Positions 1-10,975 of a DNA stretch of 64,000 bases are shown here, in pieces. The stretch's first letter is position 1, and each line of letters begins with the position of its first letter. This DNA comes from Thermodesulfobacteriota bacterium. Its GTDB lineage: Bacteria; Desulfobacterota; Binatia; Bin18. Where the stretch lies: assembly GCA_964291405.2 (NCBI GenBank), contig OZ219926.1:4608001-4672000 (forward strand), read 5' to 3'. The notes under the pieces were generated by a model. It had not been told where the DNA came from. It worked only from the letters and a program-made list of their open reading frames with translations, and did no database searches. Position numbers and translations under genes: made by a program.

Positions 1-138
1 CTTGAGAACCAGGACAACTCGGTTGGTGGTGGAACGAACGGCTTCCAGCGGGGAGTCTGTTGTCAGCCCCCGTATCGGCAGGAAAAAGAGTGTGAGGCCA
101 CCAAGTGTCAGCAGGAAGAGAAGTCGTGGCAGTTTCAT
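1..138 (-). CDS. mlaC: MlaC-like phospholipid-binding periplasmic protein, 5' portion (runs off the window)
   Basis: Manual translation from ATG at 138: MKLPRLLFLLTLGGLTLFFLPIRGLTTDSPLEAVRSTTNRVVLVLK (signal peptide followed by a typical MlaC first helix); lies directly after mlaA in an mla operon. Confidence 0.65.
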   Translation of the reverse strand, partial: MKLPRLLFLLTLGGLTLFFLPIRGLTTDSPLEAVRSTTNRVVLVLK

Positions 139-149
139 GGACCGGATCC

Positions 150-899
150 CTATTGCTCCGATAGCGCTTCCTGAACAATCCGTTCGCGTTGTTGGAGGTA
201 GCCATCTTGAACGGCGCCGTACAAATCAACAGAAAATCGGTCAACATTCTCAAAAAGTTCAAGATTGAGCGAGCGGAAGTTAACCGCGTTGCCCATTAGC
301 CAGCCACCCCGCGCTGCGATGGTCTCTGGATATGTCGGTAAGAGGTAGTTCATGGGTTGCATGGCGCCGTCAACACTGAGACCAACCGTATCTCGAACGG
401 TTGAGGGGCCAAAGAAGGGCAAGACCAGATACGGGCCGGGGGAGATGCCGTACTGCGCTAGCGTCTGTCCGAAATCAGCGTGGCTGGCTTCCAAGCCAAA
501 CCAACTGTCCGCTACATCAAAAAACCCAAGGCCGCCGAGGGTAGTATTGATGACGAAGCGACCGACCTCCTTGCCGGCTCCGACCAATTTCATTTGCAGG
601 AGTTTATTGCCGAGCCGTGGGGCAATGTTGATGTTGTAAAAGAAGCGTCCCACCCCTTGCCGGGCACCGAGCGGAAGGATGGCGGCATAGCCGGTGGCAA
701 CTGGGTGCAGAATGTACTCGTCCAGCTTGAGGTTAAAGCTGAGCATTGCCTGATTAAAGGGTTCAAATGGATCGGCGATGGGTTGGGGGGCTACCTCGTC
801 CTGTTCCGCGCTCCCCATTTGCGCCTGGGCCTCGGTCAGAGAGAATCCAGACTGGACTATCCCCACTATGCTTACTGCCACTACCAGTTTTTTCAGCAT
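150..899 (-). CDS. mlaA: VacJ/MlaA family lipid asymmetry protein
   Basis: Motifs DPFEPFNQAM, RFVINTTLGGLGFFDVA, DFGQTLA, GPYLVLPFFGPSTVRD. Confidence 0.92.
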   Translation of the reverse strand: MLKKLVVAVSIVGIVQSGFSLTEAQAQMGSAEQDEVAPQPIADPFEPFNQAMLSFNLKLDEYILHPVATGYAAILPLGARQGVGRFFYNINIAPRLGNKLLQMKLVGAGKEVGRFVINTTLGGLGFFDVADSWFGLEASHADFGQTLAQYGISPGPYLVLPFFGPSTVRDTVGLSVDGAMQPMNYLLPTYPETIAARGGWLMGNAVNFRSLNLELFENVDRFSVDLYGAVQDGYLQQRERIVQEALSEQ

Positions 900-917
900 C
901 CTCCCCCCCTTATAGGC

Positions 918-1454
918 TCACGAGGGCTCATCAAGACCGAGTGACCACAGATCCGTACCCTCCTCGCCGTTCTGGCGATCCGGACCGTTTCCCGTTGTCT
1001 GCTCCGGAGCCTGATTGTTCCCTACATTGCCGAAAATGAATTCTCCTATTAATTGTTGAATGTCGACCGGCTCCGCTGTCTTGTCAATAGTCCCTCCGGG
1101 CGCAATGGTGGCGGAGGAATAGCCCGGCGTGATGACGATATAGCGTTCGCCAATGAGGCCCTTGGTCTTGATTGCCGCCTGTGTGTCCTCCTGTAAGGCA
1201 ATATCGTTCCGAATTTTCAGGGTGACGCGGGCTTTGTATTTGGCCAACCGAACGCGTTCGACCCTGCCTATTTCCACTCCTGCGAGTTCGATCACCGCTC
1301 CGTCCTGCAGTCCGCCTGCCGTGATAAAATCAGCATACACGGAATAGCTGTCAGAGCCCAGCTCAACCTGGCCGAGCTGCAGGGAAAGGTACCCCAGAAA
1401 GCCGCATACGCCAAGCAAAAGCGTGCCAACAAACAGTTCTGCGTCAGCCTTCAT
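918..1454 (-). CDS. mlaD: MCE-domain protein MlaD
   Basis: N-terminal TM helix; AGGLQDGAVIELAGVEIGRV and IKTKGLIGERYI MCE motifs. Confidence 0.9.
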   Translation of the reverse strand: MKADAELFVGTLLLGVCGFLGYLSLQLGQVELGSDSYSVYADFITAGGLQDGAVIELAGVEIGRVERVRLAKYKARVTLKIRNDIALQEDTQAAIKTKGLIGERYIVITPGYSSATIAPGGTIDKTAEPVDIQQLIGEFIFGNVGNNQAPEQTTGNGPDRQNGEEGTDLWSLGLDEPS

Positions 1455-1472
1455 ACGCCCCTAACTCGGATT

Positions 1473-2219
1473 TTAGTACACCTCGATGGGGCCTTCGAGC
1501 TGGCCGCTCATAAACTGCCGAACGATCGGATTGTTTGACGCCTGCAGGGCGCTGGGCGAGCCAGACTCAACAATCACCCCTCCATGTAGCATAGCGATAT
1601 GGGTGGCCAGAGAAAAGACCGCTGGGATCTCGTGGCTGACGATAATCGCGGTAAAGCCGAGCAACTGATGGAGGTCAAGAATAAGGCGATGAATGGCATT
1701 GACCCGGATTGGATCAAGGCCAGTTGTCGGCTCGTCAAATAAGAGGATCTCGGGATCGGAGACGAGCGAGCGGGCCAGGGCCGCACGTTTGCGCATCCCG
1801 CCCGACAACTCGGAAGGGAATTTGGCGTCCACACCGGCGAGTCCGACTTGGAAAAGGCGTTCGTGGACTTTGTCCCGAATTTCGGCTTCGCTTTTTCGGG
1901 TTTTTTCACGCAGGGGAAAGGCGACGTTGTCATACACGGACATGGAATCGAACAGCGCCCCGCCCTGAAAGAGCATGCCAAATCGATTCCGAACCCGATT
2001 AAGGGCTCGTCGTCCCAAGCTGGTAATCTCTGTATCGTCTATCCAAACCTGTCCGGAATCGGGACGCATTAAGCCGATCAGATGCTTGAGTAAGCAGCTT
2101 TTCCCGGCTCCGCTGACCCCGACTACGACGTACACCGCTCGGTCGGGGATATCGAGATTCACCCCGGTCAAGACCTGTTGGTTGCCAAAGGATTTACAGA
2201 CATTAACGAGGCGGATCAT
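1473..2219 (-). CDS. mlaF: ABC transporter ATP-binding protein MlaF
   Basis: Walker A GVSGAGKS, signature LSGGMRKR, FDEPTTGLDP; mla operon context. Confidence 0.92.
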   Translation of the reverse strand: MIRLVNVCKSFGNQQVLTGVNLDIPDRAVYVVVGVSGAGKSCLLKHLIGLMRPDSGQVWIDDTEITSLGRRALNRVRNRFGMLFQGGALFDSMSVYDNVAFPLREKTRKSEAEIRDKVHERLFQVGLAGVDAKFPSELSGGMRKRAALARSLVSDPEILLFDEPTTGLDPIRVNAIHRLILDLHQLLGFTAIIVSHEIPAVFSLATHIAMLHGGVIVESGSPSALQASNNPIVRQFMSGQLEGPIEVY

Positions 2220-2249
2220 GCGGCAACGCTCGATGCTGGCTTCATACGA

Positions 2250-3020
2250 CTACACGAGGACAGAACCAATGAAATAATCCCACACCAGGATCAAAACCGC
2301 ACACATCACAACGGACTGCGTTGTCGCGTGACTGACCCCCTCGGCCCCATGCGCGGCATAGAATCCCTTAAAACAGCTGACCCAGGCAACAATCACTCCG
2401 AACGAAAGCGATTTATACACACCCATCCAAATATCGCTGGAATCCGCCGCGCTGCTCATCTGCGTAAAATATGCCCCCGAACTGCCGCCCAGCAACTCAA
2501 CGCCGACAATATAGCCGCCGTAAATGCCAACCGTCACAAAAACGCTGTTCAAAAGGGGGAAGGTAATACAGGCCGCCAGAAAAATTGGGACCACTAAATA
2601 CTTGATGGGGTTGAGGGCCATGACTTCGAGCGCGTCTATTTGCTCGGTAATGCGCATAATCCCGAGTTCGGCGGTCAGAGCCGAGCCTGCGCGGGCCGTA
2701 ATCATCAGCGCAGACAGGACCGGGCCAAGCTCGCGAATCAGACTCAGTCCGACCATAGGACCCAGCGCCTCCTCGCCACCAAAGCGCCGCAGGGCAATAT
2801 ATCCCTGCAGGGCCACGACCATGCCCGTAAAGGCTCCGGTAAAGACGATGAGCAAGAGAGAGCGGCTACCGATGAAGTAAATCCGGCGGACAAGCTGACC
2901 GCCTTGCAGAGGTGGGCGAAAGATATCGATCAGAGTTGTGCCAAGAAAGACCCCCATGCGACCCATTTCGCGCAGGGTGCCGAGGGTCAGACGCCCACAC
3001 GAGCGGACAAAGCGGAGCAC
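2250..3020 (-). CDS. mlaE: MlaE family ABC permease
   Basis: IRELGPVLSALMITARAGSALTAELGIMRITEQIDALEVM; start moved to GTG at 3020 behind a purine-rich RBS. Confidence 0.92.
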   Translation of the reverse strand: MLRFVRSCGRLTLGTLREMGRMGVFLGTTLIDIFRPPLQGGQLVRRIYFIGSRSLLLIVFTGAFTGMVVALQGYIALRRFGGEEALGPMVGLSLIRELGPVLSALMITARAGSALTAELGIMRITEQIDALEVMALNPIKYLVVPIFLAACITFPLLNSVFVTVGIYGGYIVGVELLGGSSGAYFTQMSSAADSSDIWMGVYKSLSFGVIVAWVSCFKGFYAAHGAEGVSHATTQSVVMCAVLILVWDYFIGSVLV

Positions 3021-3201
3021 TCCTCTTCCTTTCTCATGATAGTCTGGAGACTGACGGCATGCGGTGTGTAATGAGCGGGTCTGCCAAGATCGCGTTGGGA
3101 CTGAAGCCTCTCTAACGATGTCACGTCCCCTACCATAGGCGCGCTGTTGACTCAAGAGAGTCTCGCGCTCGGGGAGGGGCGAAAAGGGGGCGGCGGTCCT
3201 C

Positions 3202-3231
3202 TTGTCAGATGGACCAAAAGAGGGATATGCT
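3202..3231 (+). promoter_or_regulatory. Putative sigma70 promoter of the DHH gene
   Basis: TTGTCA-N18-TATGCT. Confidence 0.35.
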
Positions 3232-3266
3232 TCTTCTAATTGTCTACAGTACGTGGAGGAAACACT

Positions 3267-4406
3267 ATGGCAAACGCTGTTGGCGTATCACCTGTGGAAG
3301 AACCCCCGCTACGGGTTGTTGAAGACAGTGCTGTTGCTGAGAAAGAATCGCCAAAAAAGCAGTGGAAAAAATTGCGCGAGATCTTGGCCCGCCACCATGG
3401 AGAAAAAATCCTCATCATTCTGGTGGGTTACCCTGATCCTGATAATATCGCTTCCGGTCTGGCGCATCAGTTTTTGGCCAAAGAGTTCGACATCGAAGCT
3501 ACGCTGCTGTGCTTTCATGAGGTCAGCCACCATGAAAACCGGGCGTTGGTGAAGCGCCTTGAGATCGACTTACAACTCTATGACGAGGAATTCGACCTCA
3601 CGCCGTATTCTGCCTACGCGCTGGTCGATACCCAAAATCCGGAGACGCCTATTTCGGATAAGCTTGGCGGCAAGACCCTCCTCTCCTTTATCGATCACCA
3701 CCGTCGTCTGGGGACTCCGCTGGCTGAATTTGTCGATATCCGGGAGGACGCGGCCTCGACTTGTGCCATCTATACCGAATATTTACGGGCGCAATATCCC
3801 GAGGGTCTGAACCCTGGCGAGACTGACCAAGTGCGGCTAGCCACCGCGCTCATGCACGGCATTCGTTCTGATACTATGGCGCTGATTGAGGCCAGTCGAT
3901 TGGAATTTGAGGCCGCGGCGTATTTGTGGCCGTGTGTGGATCAGCCCCTTCTCAAGGCGATTTCGGAGAAATCTTTGCCGCCGATTGTCATGGATATGAT
4001 TCAAAAAGCCCTGGAGCGGAAGCAGGTGTTTGATTCCTTTGTGTTTACCGATGTGGGATTTGTGCGGGGCGAACACCGCGATGGCATCCCCCAGGTAGCG
4101 GAATTCTTGCTCCAGCGAGAAGGTACAGACACCGTCCTCGTTTTCGGCATCGTGGATGGCAAGACGGTTGATGGCTCGCTCCGTACCCGGAGCGATACCG
4201 TGAACCCTGATGCGTTTTTGAAAAAGCTTTTTGGCGTGGATGAAGACAGAAAGTCGTACTATGGGGGTGGGAACGTCAAGGATAAGGGTGGCTTTCAAAT
4301 CCCGCTCGGCTTCCTGGCACAATCGCCCAATAGGGACATGCTCTACGAAATGACCTGTAGTGTCGTGCAGGAACGCTTCTTCCAGGCACTCGGCATTAAA
4401 GAATAA
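3267..4406 (+). CDS. DHH/DHHA1 family phosphoesterase
   Basis: PDPD, LVDT, IDHH and GIRSDT motifs; GGAGG RBS before ATG 3267. Confidence 0.85.
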   Translation: MANAVGVSPVEEPPLRVVEDSAVAEKESPKKQWKKLREILARHHGEKILIILVGYPDPDNIASGLAHQFLAKEFDIEATLLCFHEVSHHENRALVKRLEIDLQLYDEEFDLTPYSAYALVDTQNPETPISDKLGGKTLLSFIDHHRRLGTPLAEFVDIREDAASTCAIYTEYLRAQYPEGLNPGETDQVRLATALMHGIRSDTMALIEASRLEFEAAAYLWPCVDQPLLKAISEKSLPPIVMDMIQKALERKQVFDSFVFTDVGFVRGEHRDGIPQVAEFLLQREGTDTVLVFGIVDGKTVDGSLRTRSDTVNPDAFLKKLFGVDEDRKSYYGGGNVKDKGGFQIPLGFLAQSPNRDMLYEMTCSVVQERFFQALGIKE

Positions 4407-4577
4407 ACCGGTGACATCAGCTTGGTGCATCGTCCCTCAAGGCAATGAGCCCAGGCCACCGGGAGGGACGCGGCATCTTCAGGAGAGGTTCCGCCAGCGC
4501 ACCTCCCCTGAAGATGTACGCTACGAGCCAATCCGGCCACGCAGAATGTGACGCAGAGTGAAAGACAGGAGACCATC

Positions 4578-6530
<1,953 letters not shown>

Positions 6531-6552
6531 GCCCAAGGGTGAGACGGATCAC

Positions 6553-7971
6553 ATGGCCCTGCGTTTTCACAACACCCTGACGGGTAAAACCGAGGAGTTT
6601 GTCCCGCTCAGGTCTGGCGAAGCCCGTATGTATGTGTGTGGAGTCACGGTCTACGACCGTTCCCATATCGGTCATGCACGGGCCCTGGTCGCCTTTGATG
6701 TCATCTATCGTTATCTCAAGTTCTCCGGCTATGAGGTGACCTTTGTCCGCAATTTTACGGACGTGGATGACAAGATTATCAACCGCGCCAACGAGCGAGG
6801 CATTTCTGCCGAAGAGCTGACCGACACCTATATTCAGGATTTCAATAACGATATGCAGGCGCTGCGTTGTTTGCCGCCCACGCATGAACCCCGGGCCACC
6901 CAACACATCCCGGCCATGCTCACTCTTATCCAGGAGCTCGAAGCCAAACAACTCGCCTATGCGGTGGATGGGGACGTGTATTATGCGGTGGACCGGTTTG
7001 CCGCATACGGCAAGCTGGCCCACCGCCGGTTGGAAGACATGGCGGCTGGGGCGCGCATAGAAGTGGACACGCGCAAGCGCCATCCCATGGACTTTGCCCT
7101 GTGGAAGTCCAGCAAGCCCGGAGAGCCGGCCTGGGACAGCCCCTGGGGCAAAGGCAGGCCTGGCTGGCATATCGAGTGCTCGGCCATGAGTAGTAAATAT
7201 CTGGGCCAGCCCTTCGACATTCACGGCGGCGGCGCCGATCTGATTTTTCCTCATCATGAAAACGAGATCGCCCAGTCCGAAGGGGCCAAGGGCTGTGCCC
7301 TGGCCCGCTACTGGCTGCATAACGGTATGGTGACCGTTGAGCAGGAAAAGATGTCGAAATCATTAGGGAATTTCCTGACCATCGAGGCCGCGCTGAGCAA
7401 AGTCTCCACACCGGAAGTCTTGCGTCAGGTCTTGCTCTCGTCCCACTATCGAATGGCGCTTGATTTCTCGACCCAAAAACTGGCAGAGGCGGAAAAGGGA
7501 CTGGCGCGTATCTATGAAACGCTCGCCCGCGCCGACGAAGCGATTGGTGACGGTACAGTGGACGTAACCGATGACTCTCCCCTCATCCTCCAGTTCCGGG
7601 AGGCAATGGACGATGACTGCAATACGCCCCGCGCCCTTGGTGTGGTCTTTGACGGTGTGCGCGAGATCAACCGCTCATTGGATGCCGGCCAGATCACGGA
7701 GGCCGCAATACTCCGATCTGAAATCGCAAAAATGGGAGGGGTTCTCGGCCTGCTTCAGGAGTCCCCTGCACAATTTTTAGAGCATCAAAAGCAGACTGGC
7801 CTGGCCGAAGCCAGCCTCACGCCTGAGGCCATTGAGGCCCTGATAGCCGAGCGGGCTGCCGCGCGGAAAGAGAAGAATTTTCAGCGTGCGGACGAAATTC
7901 GTGCGCAGCTTGCCGAGCAAGGCGTTCTGCTCAAAGACGGTCCGACGGGGACGACGTGGACGGTGAAGTAA
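6553..7971 (+). CDS. cysS: Cysteine--tRNA ligase
   Basis: MYVCGVTVYD, HIGH, GRPGWHIECSAM, KMSKS. Confidence 0.97.
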   Translation: MALRFHNTLTGKTEEFVPLRSGEARMYVCGVTVYDRSHIGHARALVAFDVIYRYLKFSGYEVTFVRNFTDVDDKIINRANERGISAEELTDTYIQDFNNDMQALRCLPPTHEPRATQHIPAMLTLIQELEAKQLAYAVDGDVYYAVDRFAAYGKLAHRRLEDMAAGARIEVDTRKRHPMDFALWKSSKPGEPAWDSPWGKGRPGWHIECSAMSSKYLGQPFDIHGGGADLIFPHHENEIAQSEGAKGCALARYWLHNGMVTVEQEKMSKSLGNFLTIEAALSKVSTPEVLRQVLLSSHYRMALDFSTQKLAEAEKGLARIYETLARADEAIGDGTVDVTDDSPLILQFREAMDDDCNTPRALGVVFDGVREINRSLDAGQITEAAILRSEIAKMGGVLGLLQESPAQFLEHQKQTGLAEASLTPEAIEALIAERAAARKEKNFQRADEIRAQLAEQGVLLKDGPTGTTWTVK

Positions 7972-8071
7972 GGACCGCTGAGGGCCATGCCGGGCCCGAC
8001 ACGCGGTGAGTCCACATTAACCATCGTCCAAAGATGTTCCTTCTCCCAGGCCAGCTCGGACCGGTGCAAAG

Positions 8072-8887
8072 GTGAGACCCATTGGTTTTGCGCTCACGGT
8101 GCTCGCGCTCATCCTGCTACCCGCGGGATGTGACCAGAATGGTGCGCCCAGCCAGGAGAAGCCGGCGGTCGTGGTGTTTGCCGCCGCCAGCCTGCACGAT
8201 GTTGTCCGGGACATTGGCACACGCTTTTCTGAGGCACACCAGGTTGACTTGATCTATAATTTTGCCGGGTCCAATACCCTCGCGCAGCAGCTTCGTGCCG
8301 CTCCGGCAGCGGATGTTTTTTTGTCGGCGAACCTGTACTGGGTCGATGTACTCGAAAGGGCGGGGATAATCCTGCCTGGATCGCGCCGCAATTTTCTGTC
8401 AAATCGTCTGGTGCTCATCAGTCGAAAGGATGCGGATTTTCAGTTATCCGCGCCCGGCATGCTGCCCGTATTCGCATTCACCTTCCTGGCTCTGGCTGAC
8501 CCTGAGGCGGTGCCCGCCGGACGCTATGCCAAGACCTTCTTGCAGGCTGTCGAAACGGCAGACCGCTCGGTCTGGGAAGCCGTCAAAGATAAGATCGTTC
8601 CTACTGCCGATGTCCGGGCGGTTCTCGGCCTGGTGGAGTCTGATCCCAACATCATTGGCATTGTGTACCGAACGGATGCCATGAGTTCAGACCGGGTGCG
8701 GATCGTGTATGAGGTTCCACCCAGTCTGCACCAACCGATCGTTTACTGTGCCGCGGCCCTCAAGAATCGCCCCCGGCCGGCACTCACCGCCCAATTTCTC
8801 GATTTTTTACGTAGCCCCGAAGCCCGCGCAATTTACAACACGCAGGGGTTTGTTGTAGACGAAGGAGGAACTCGTCCGCTGTCGTGA
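8072..8887 (+). CDS. modA: Molybdate ABC transporter substrate-binding lipoprotein
   Basis: Lipobox PAGC; VFAAASL, NFAGSNTLA, VPAGRYA, GIVYRTDA. Confidence 0.92.
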   Translation: MRPIGFALTVLALILLPAGCDQNGAPSQEKPAVVVFAAASLHDVVRDIGTRFSEAHQVDLIYNFAGSNTLAQQLRAAPAADVFLSANLYWVDVLERAGIILPGSRRNFLSNRLVLISRKDADFQLSAPGMLPVFAFTFLALADPEAVPAGRYAKTFLQAVETADRSVWEAVKDKIVPTADVRAVLGLVESDPNIIGIVYRTDAMSSDRVRIVYEVPPSLHQPIVYCAAALKNRPRPALTAQFLDFLRSPEARAIYNTQGFVVDEGGTRPLS

Positions 8888-9579
8888 CTGCCATGAGTCC
8901 CGAAGTATTATCGGTTATCCTGCTGACGCTCCAAGTCGCAACCGTATCAACCCTGATCGTGCTGCTGCCGGCCACGGTCCTGGGATATGTCCTGGCCCGA
9001 TACGAATTCCCCGGCAAGAACGTTCTGTCTGCGCTGGTTGGCTTACCACTCGTTCTGCCGCCCACCGCGGTCGGCTTTCTCTTGTTACGGATGTTTGCGG
9101 TCGATGGACCCTTAGGGCGAGAGACGCTCGGGTTTGATTTGAATATATTGCTAACCTGGAAAGGGGCGGTGATTGCGACGGCGACCATGTCCCTCCCACT
9201 TGTTGCACGGACGGCAAAGGCAACGTTTGAAGGCATCAATCCTCGGCTTGAATTAATGGCCCATACCTTAGGGCATGGCCGGCTGGCCACTTTTTTTCAG
9301 TACAGCCTGCCCATGGCCCGGCGCGGCTTGCTGGGGGCCGTCATTCTTGGTTTTACGCGCGCCATGGGTGAGTTCGGCGCCACGGTCACCATTGCCGGTA
9401 ATATTCCAGGCCACACGCAAACGATAGCTTCTGCTATTTTCAGTGCCCAGCAGGTCGGCGCGCAAGCCCGAGCCGACTTTTTCATGTTGGTTGCCATCGT
9501 GTTGGGCTTCCTGGCCATTCTGAGTGCTGAACTACTGGGCCACAGCCGCACACTCCCCAGTCTGGCCCGTCCACAATGA
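8884..9579 (+). CDS. modB: Molybdate ABC transporter permease
   Basis: LPLVLPPTAVGF, RAMGEFGATVTIAGNIPG. Confidence 0.93.
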   Translation: MTAMSPEVLSVILLTLQVATVSTLIVLLPATVLGYVLARYEFPGKNVLSALVGLPLVLPPTAVGFLLLRMFAVDGPLGRETLGFDLNILLTWKGAVIATATMSLPLVARTAKATFEGINPRLELMAHTLGHGRLATFFQYSLPMARRGLLGAVILGFTRAMGEFGATVTIAGNIPGHTQTIASAIFSAQQVGAQARADFFMLVAIVLGFLAILSAELLGHSRTLPSLARPQ

Positions 9580-9634
9580 CTAGCGTCCCGCCTACCCACG
9601 ACAGTCTACAGAGCGGTTCGCCTTAGAGCTAGCC

Positions 9635-10756
9635 TTGACCGTGCAGGTCCGCCTCCCGCTAGACCGTTTTGAGCTGAATATAGATTTGCATACCGAAAAA
9701 CACGTGACCGGGATTTTCGGTGTCTCCGGGGCGGGCAAAACCAGCCTGCTGGAAACGATCTGTGGCGTCCGGCGCCAGGCGCGAGGCGTTATTACGCTGG
9801 GGTCAGAGACGTGGCTGGATAGCGATCGAGGGGTGTGTGTCAAGCCGTCGCAGCGCCATATTGGGTATGTCCCCCAGGACGGTTTGCTCTTCCCGCACAA
9901 GGACGTTCGGCACAATCTGCTCGCTGGTAGGAAACGCGGCGTGCGGCGGGGTCACCCTGTCCAGCAGACGTTTGAAACCGTGTCCCACATCCTCGAACTT
10001 GGCCCGCTCCTCGAACGCGGCGTGCATGCCTTGTCTGGTGGCGAACGGCAACGTGTTGCCCTCGGACGCGCCCTGTGTTCCGGTCCGCGCTTGCTCCTGC
10101 TCGACGAGCCGTTTGCCTCATTGGACGTTGCCCTGAGACGAAAACTCCTGCCCTTTCTCAGGCGGGTACGGGCGGAATTTCAGATTCCTATGCTGTTTGT
10201 GTCTCACGACCCGCTCGAAGTACAGGCCCTGTGTGACGATCTGATTGTGCTCAAAGATGGTACGATTCTCTCGCACGGCGACCCACGCGCAGTGCTGACC
10301 GCCTCTCATATTTTCCCCTTGGCCGAACAACACGGCTTCGAGAATATTCTGCCCTGCTACGCGGTGGAGGGAGGTGGCAGTACAGGTCAGGTGCGCTTGG
10401 GCGAAGGAGGAGACGCTGAACGAGCCCCGGTCGAGTTGGTAACGCTCCGCTCCGAGGCACAACCGGGAGAGGCTCTGCTAGCCGGTATTCCCGCGCACGA
10501 TATTATGTTGGCCACCCAGCGGCCAGAGGGGCTCTCCGCCCGCAACGTTTTGCCCGCCCGTATTACCCAACTCCGTTCCGTCGGTCATGTTGAGTTGGCA
10601 ACGGCCGAGCTCAGCTCCGACCTTCCTCCACTGACCGTTGAGGTGACTGAGAAGTCGTTTGTTGAGCTAGGTCTGCGGGTTGGGAGCGAGGTCTTCCTGG
10701 TGATTAAGGCAACCTCGTGTCGATTGTACCGCACGGGAGAAAGTCGTAGGGTATAA
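9635..10756 (+). CDS. modC: Molybdate ABC transporter ATP-binding protein with TOBE domain
   Basis: GVSGAGKT, LSGGERQR, LLDEP, C-terminal LSARNVL TOBE-like segment. Confidence 0.92.
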   Translation: MTVQVRLPLDRFELNIDLHTEKHVTGIFGVSGAGKTSLLETICGVRRQARGVITLGSETWLDSDRGVCVKPSQRHIGYVPQDGLLFPHKDVRHNLLAGRKRGVRRGHPVQQTFETVSHILELGPLLERGVHALSGGERQRVALGRALCSGPRLLLLDEPFASLDVALRRKLLPFLRRVRAEFQIPMLFVSHDPLEVQALCDDLIVLKDGTILSHGDPRAVLTASHIFPLAEQHGFENILPCYAVEGGGSTGQVRLGEGGDAERAPVELVTLRSEAQPGEALLAGIPAHDIMLATQRPEGLSARNVLPARITQLRSVGHVELATAELSSDLPPLTVEVTEKSFVELGLRVGSEVFLVIKATSCRLYRTGESRRV

Positions 10757-10804
10757 GCTCTTTCCGAAAGGGGAGAATGCCCTCTTTCCCCTCGGCGGCC
10801 GGAC

Positions 10805-10833
10805 TTGCGCTTTCATGGGCTGCGACATAGGTT
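10805..10833 (+). promoter_or_regulatory. Putative sigma70 promoter of tRNA-Arg
   Basis: TTGCGC-N17-TAGGTT ending 22 nt upstream of the tRNA. Confidence 0.4.
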
Positions 10834-10855
10834 TGGGGCCCGATTTTCTCACAAC

Positions 10856-10929
10856 GCGCCCGTAGCTCAATTGGATAGAGCACCGGGCTTCGAACCCGTA
10901 GGTTGGGTGTTCGAGTCACCCCGGGCGCG
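10856..10929 (+). tRNA. tRNA-Arg (anticodon TCG)
   Basis: Cloverleaf: acceptor GCGCCCG/CGGGCGC, D arm GCTC..GAGC, anticodon loop CT-TCG-AA (anticodon 10890-10892), T arm GGGTG-TTCGAGT-CACCC; CCA not encoded (followed by CCT). Confidence 0.93.
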
Positions 10930-10975
10930 CCTTTTGGAAGAGATCCCTTGTCCTTCCCACACAAGAGAGCCGGGC

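Noticed and set aside
4431-4516. Glycine or other known riboswitch upstream of acs
   Set aside because: Only superficial GGAGA/CTTCAGG words are present; their order and pairing do not match the known aptamer.
10805-10975. N-terminal extension of ORF 10805-11938
   Set aside because: It overlaps tRNA-Arg and its promoter; the real start is likely TTG 10976.
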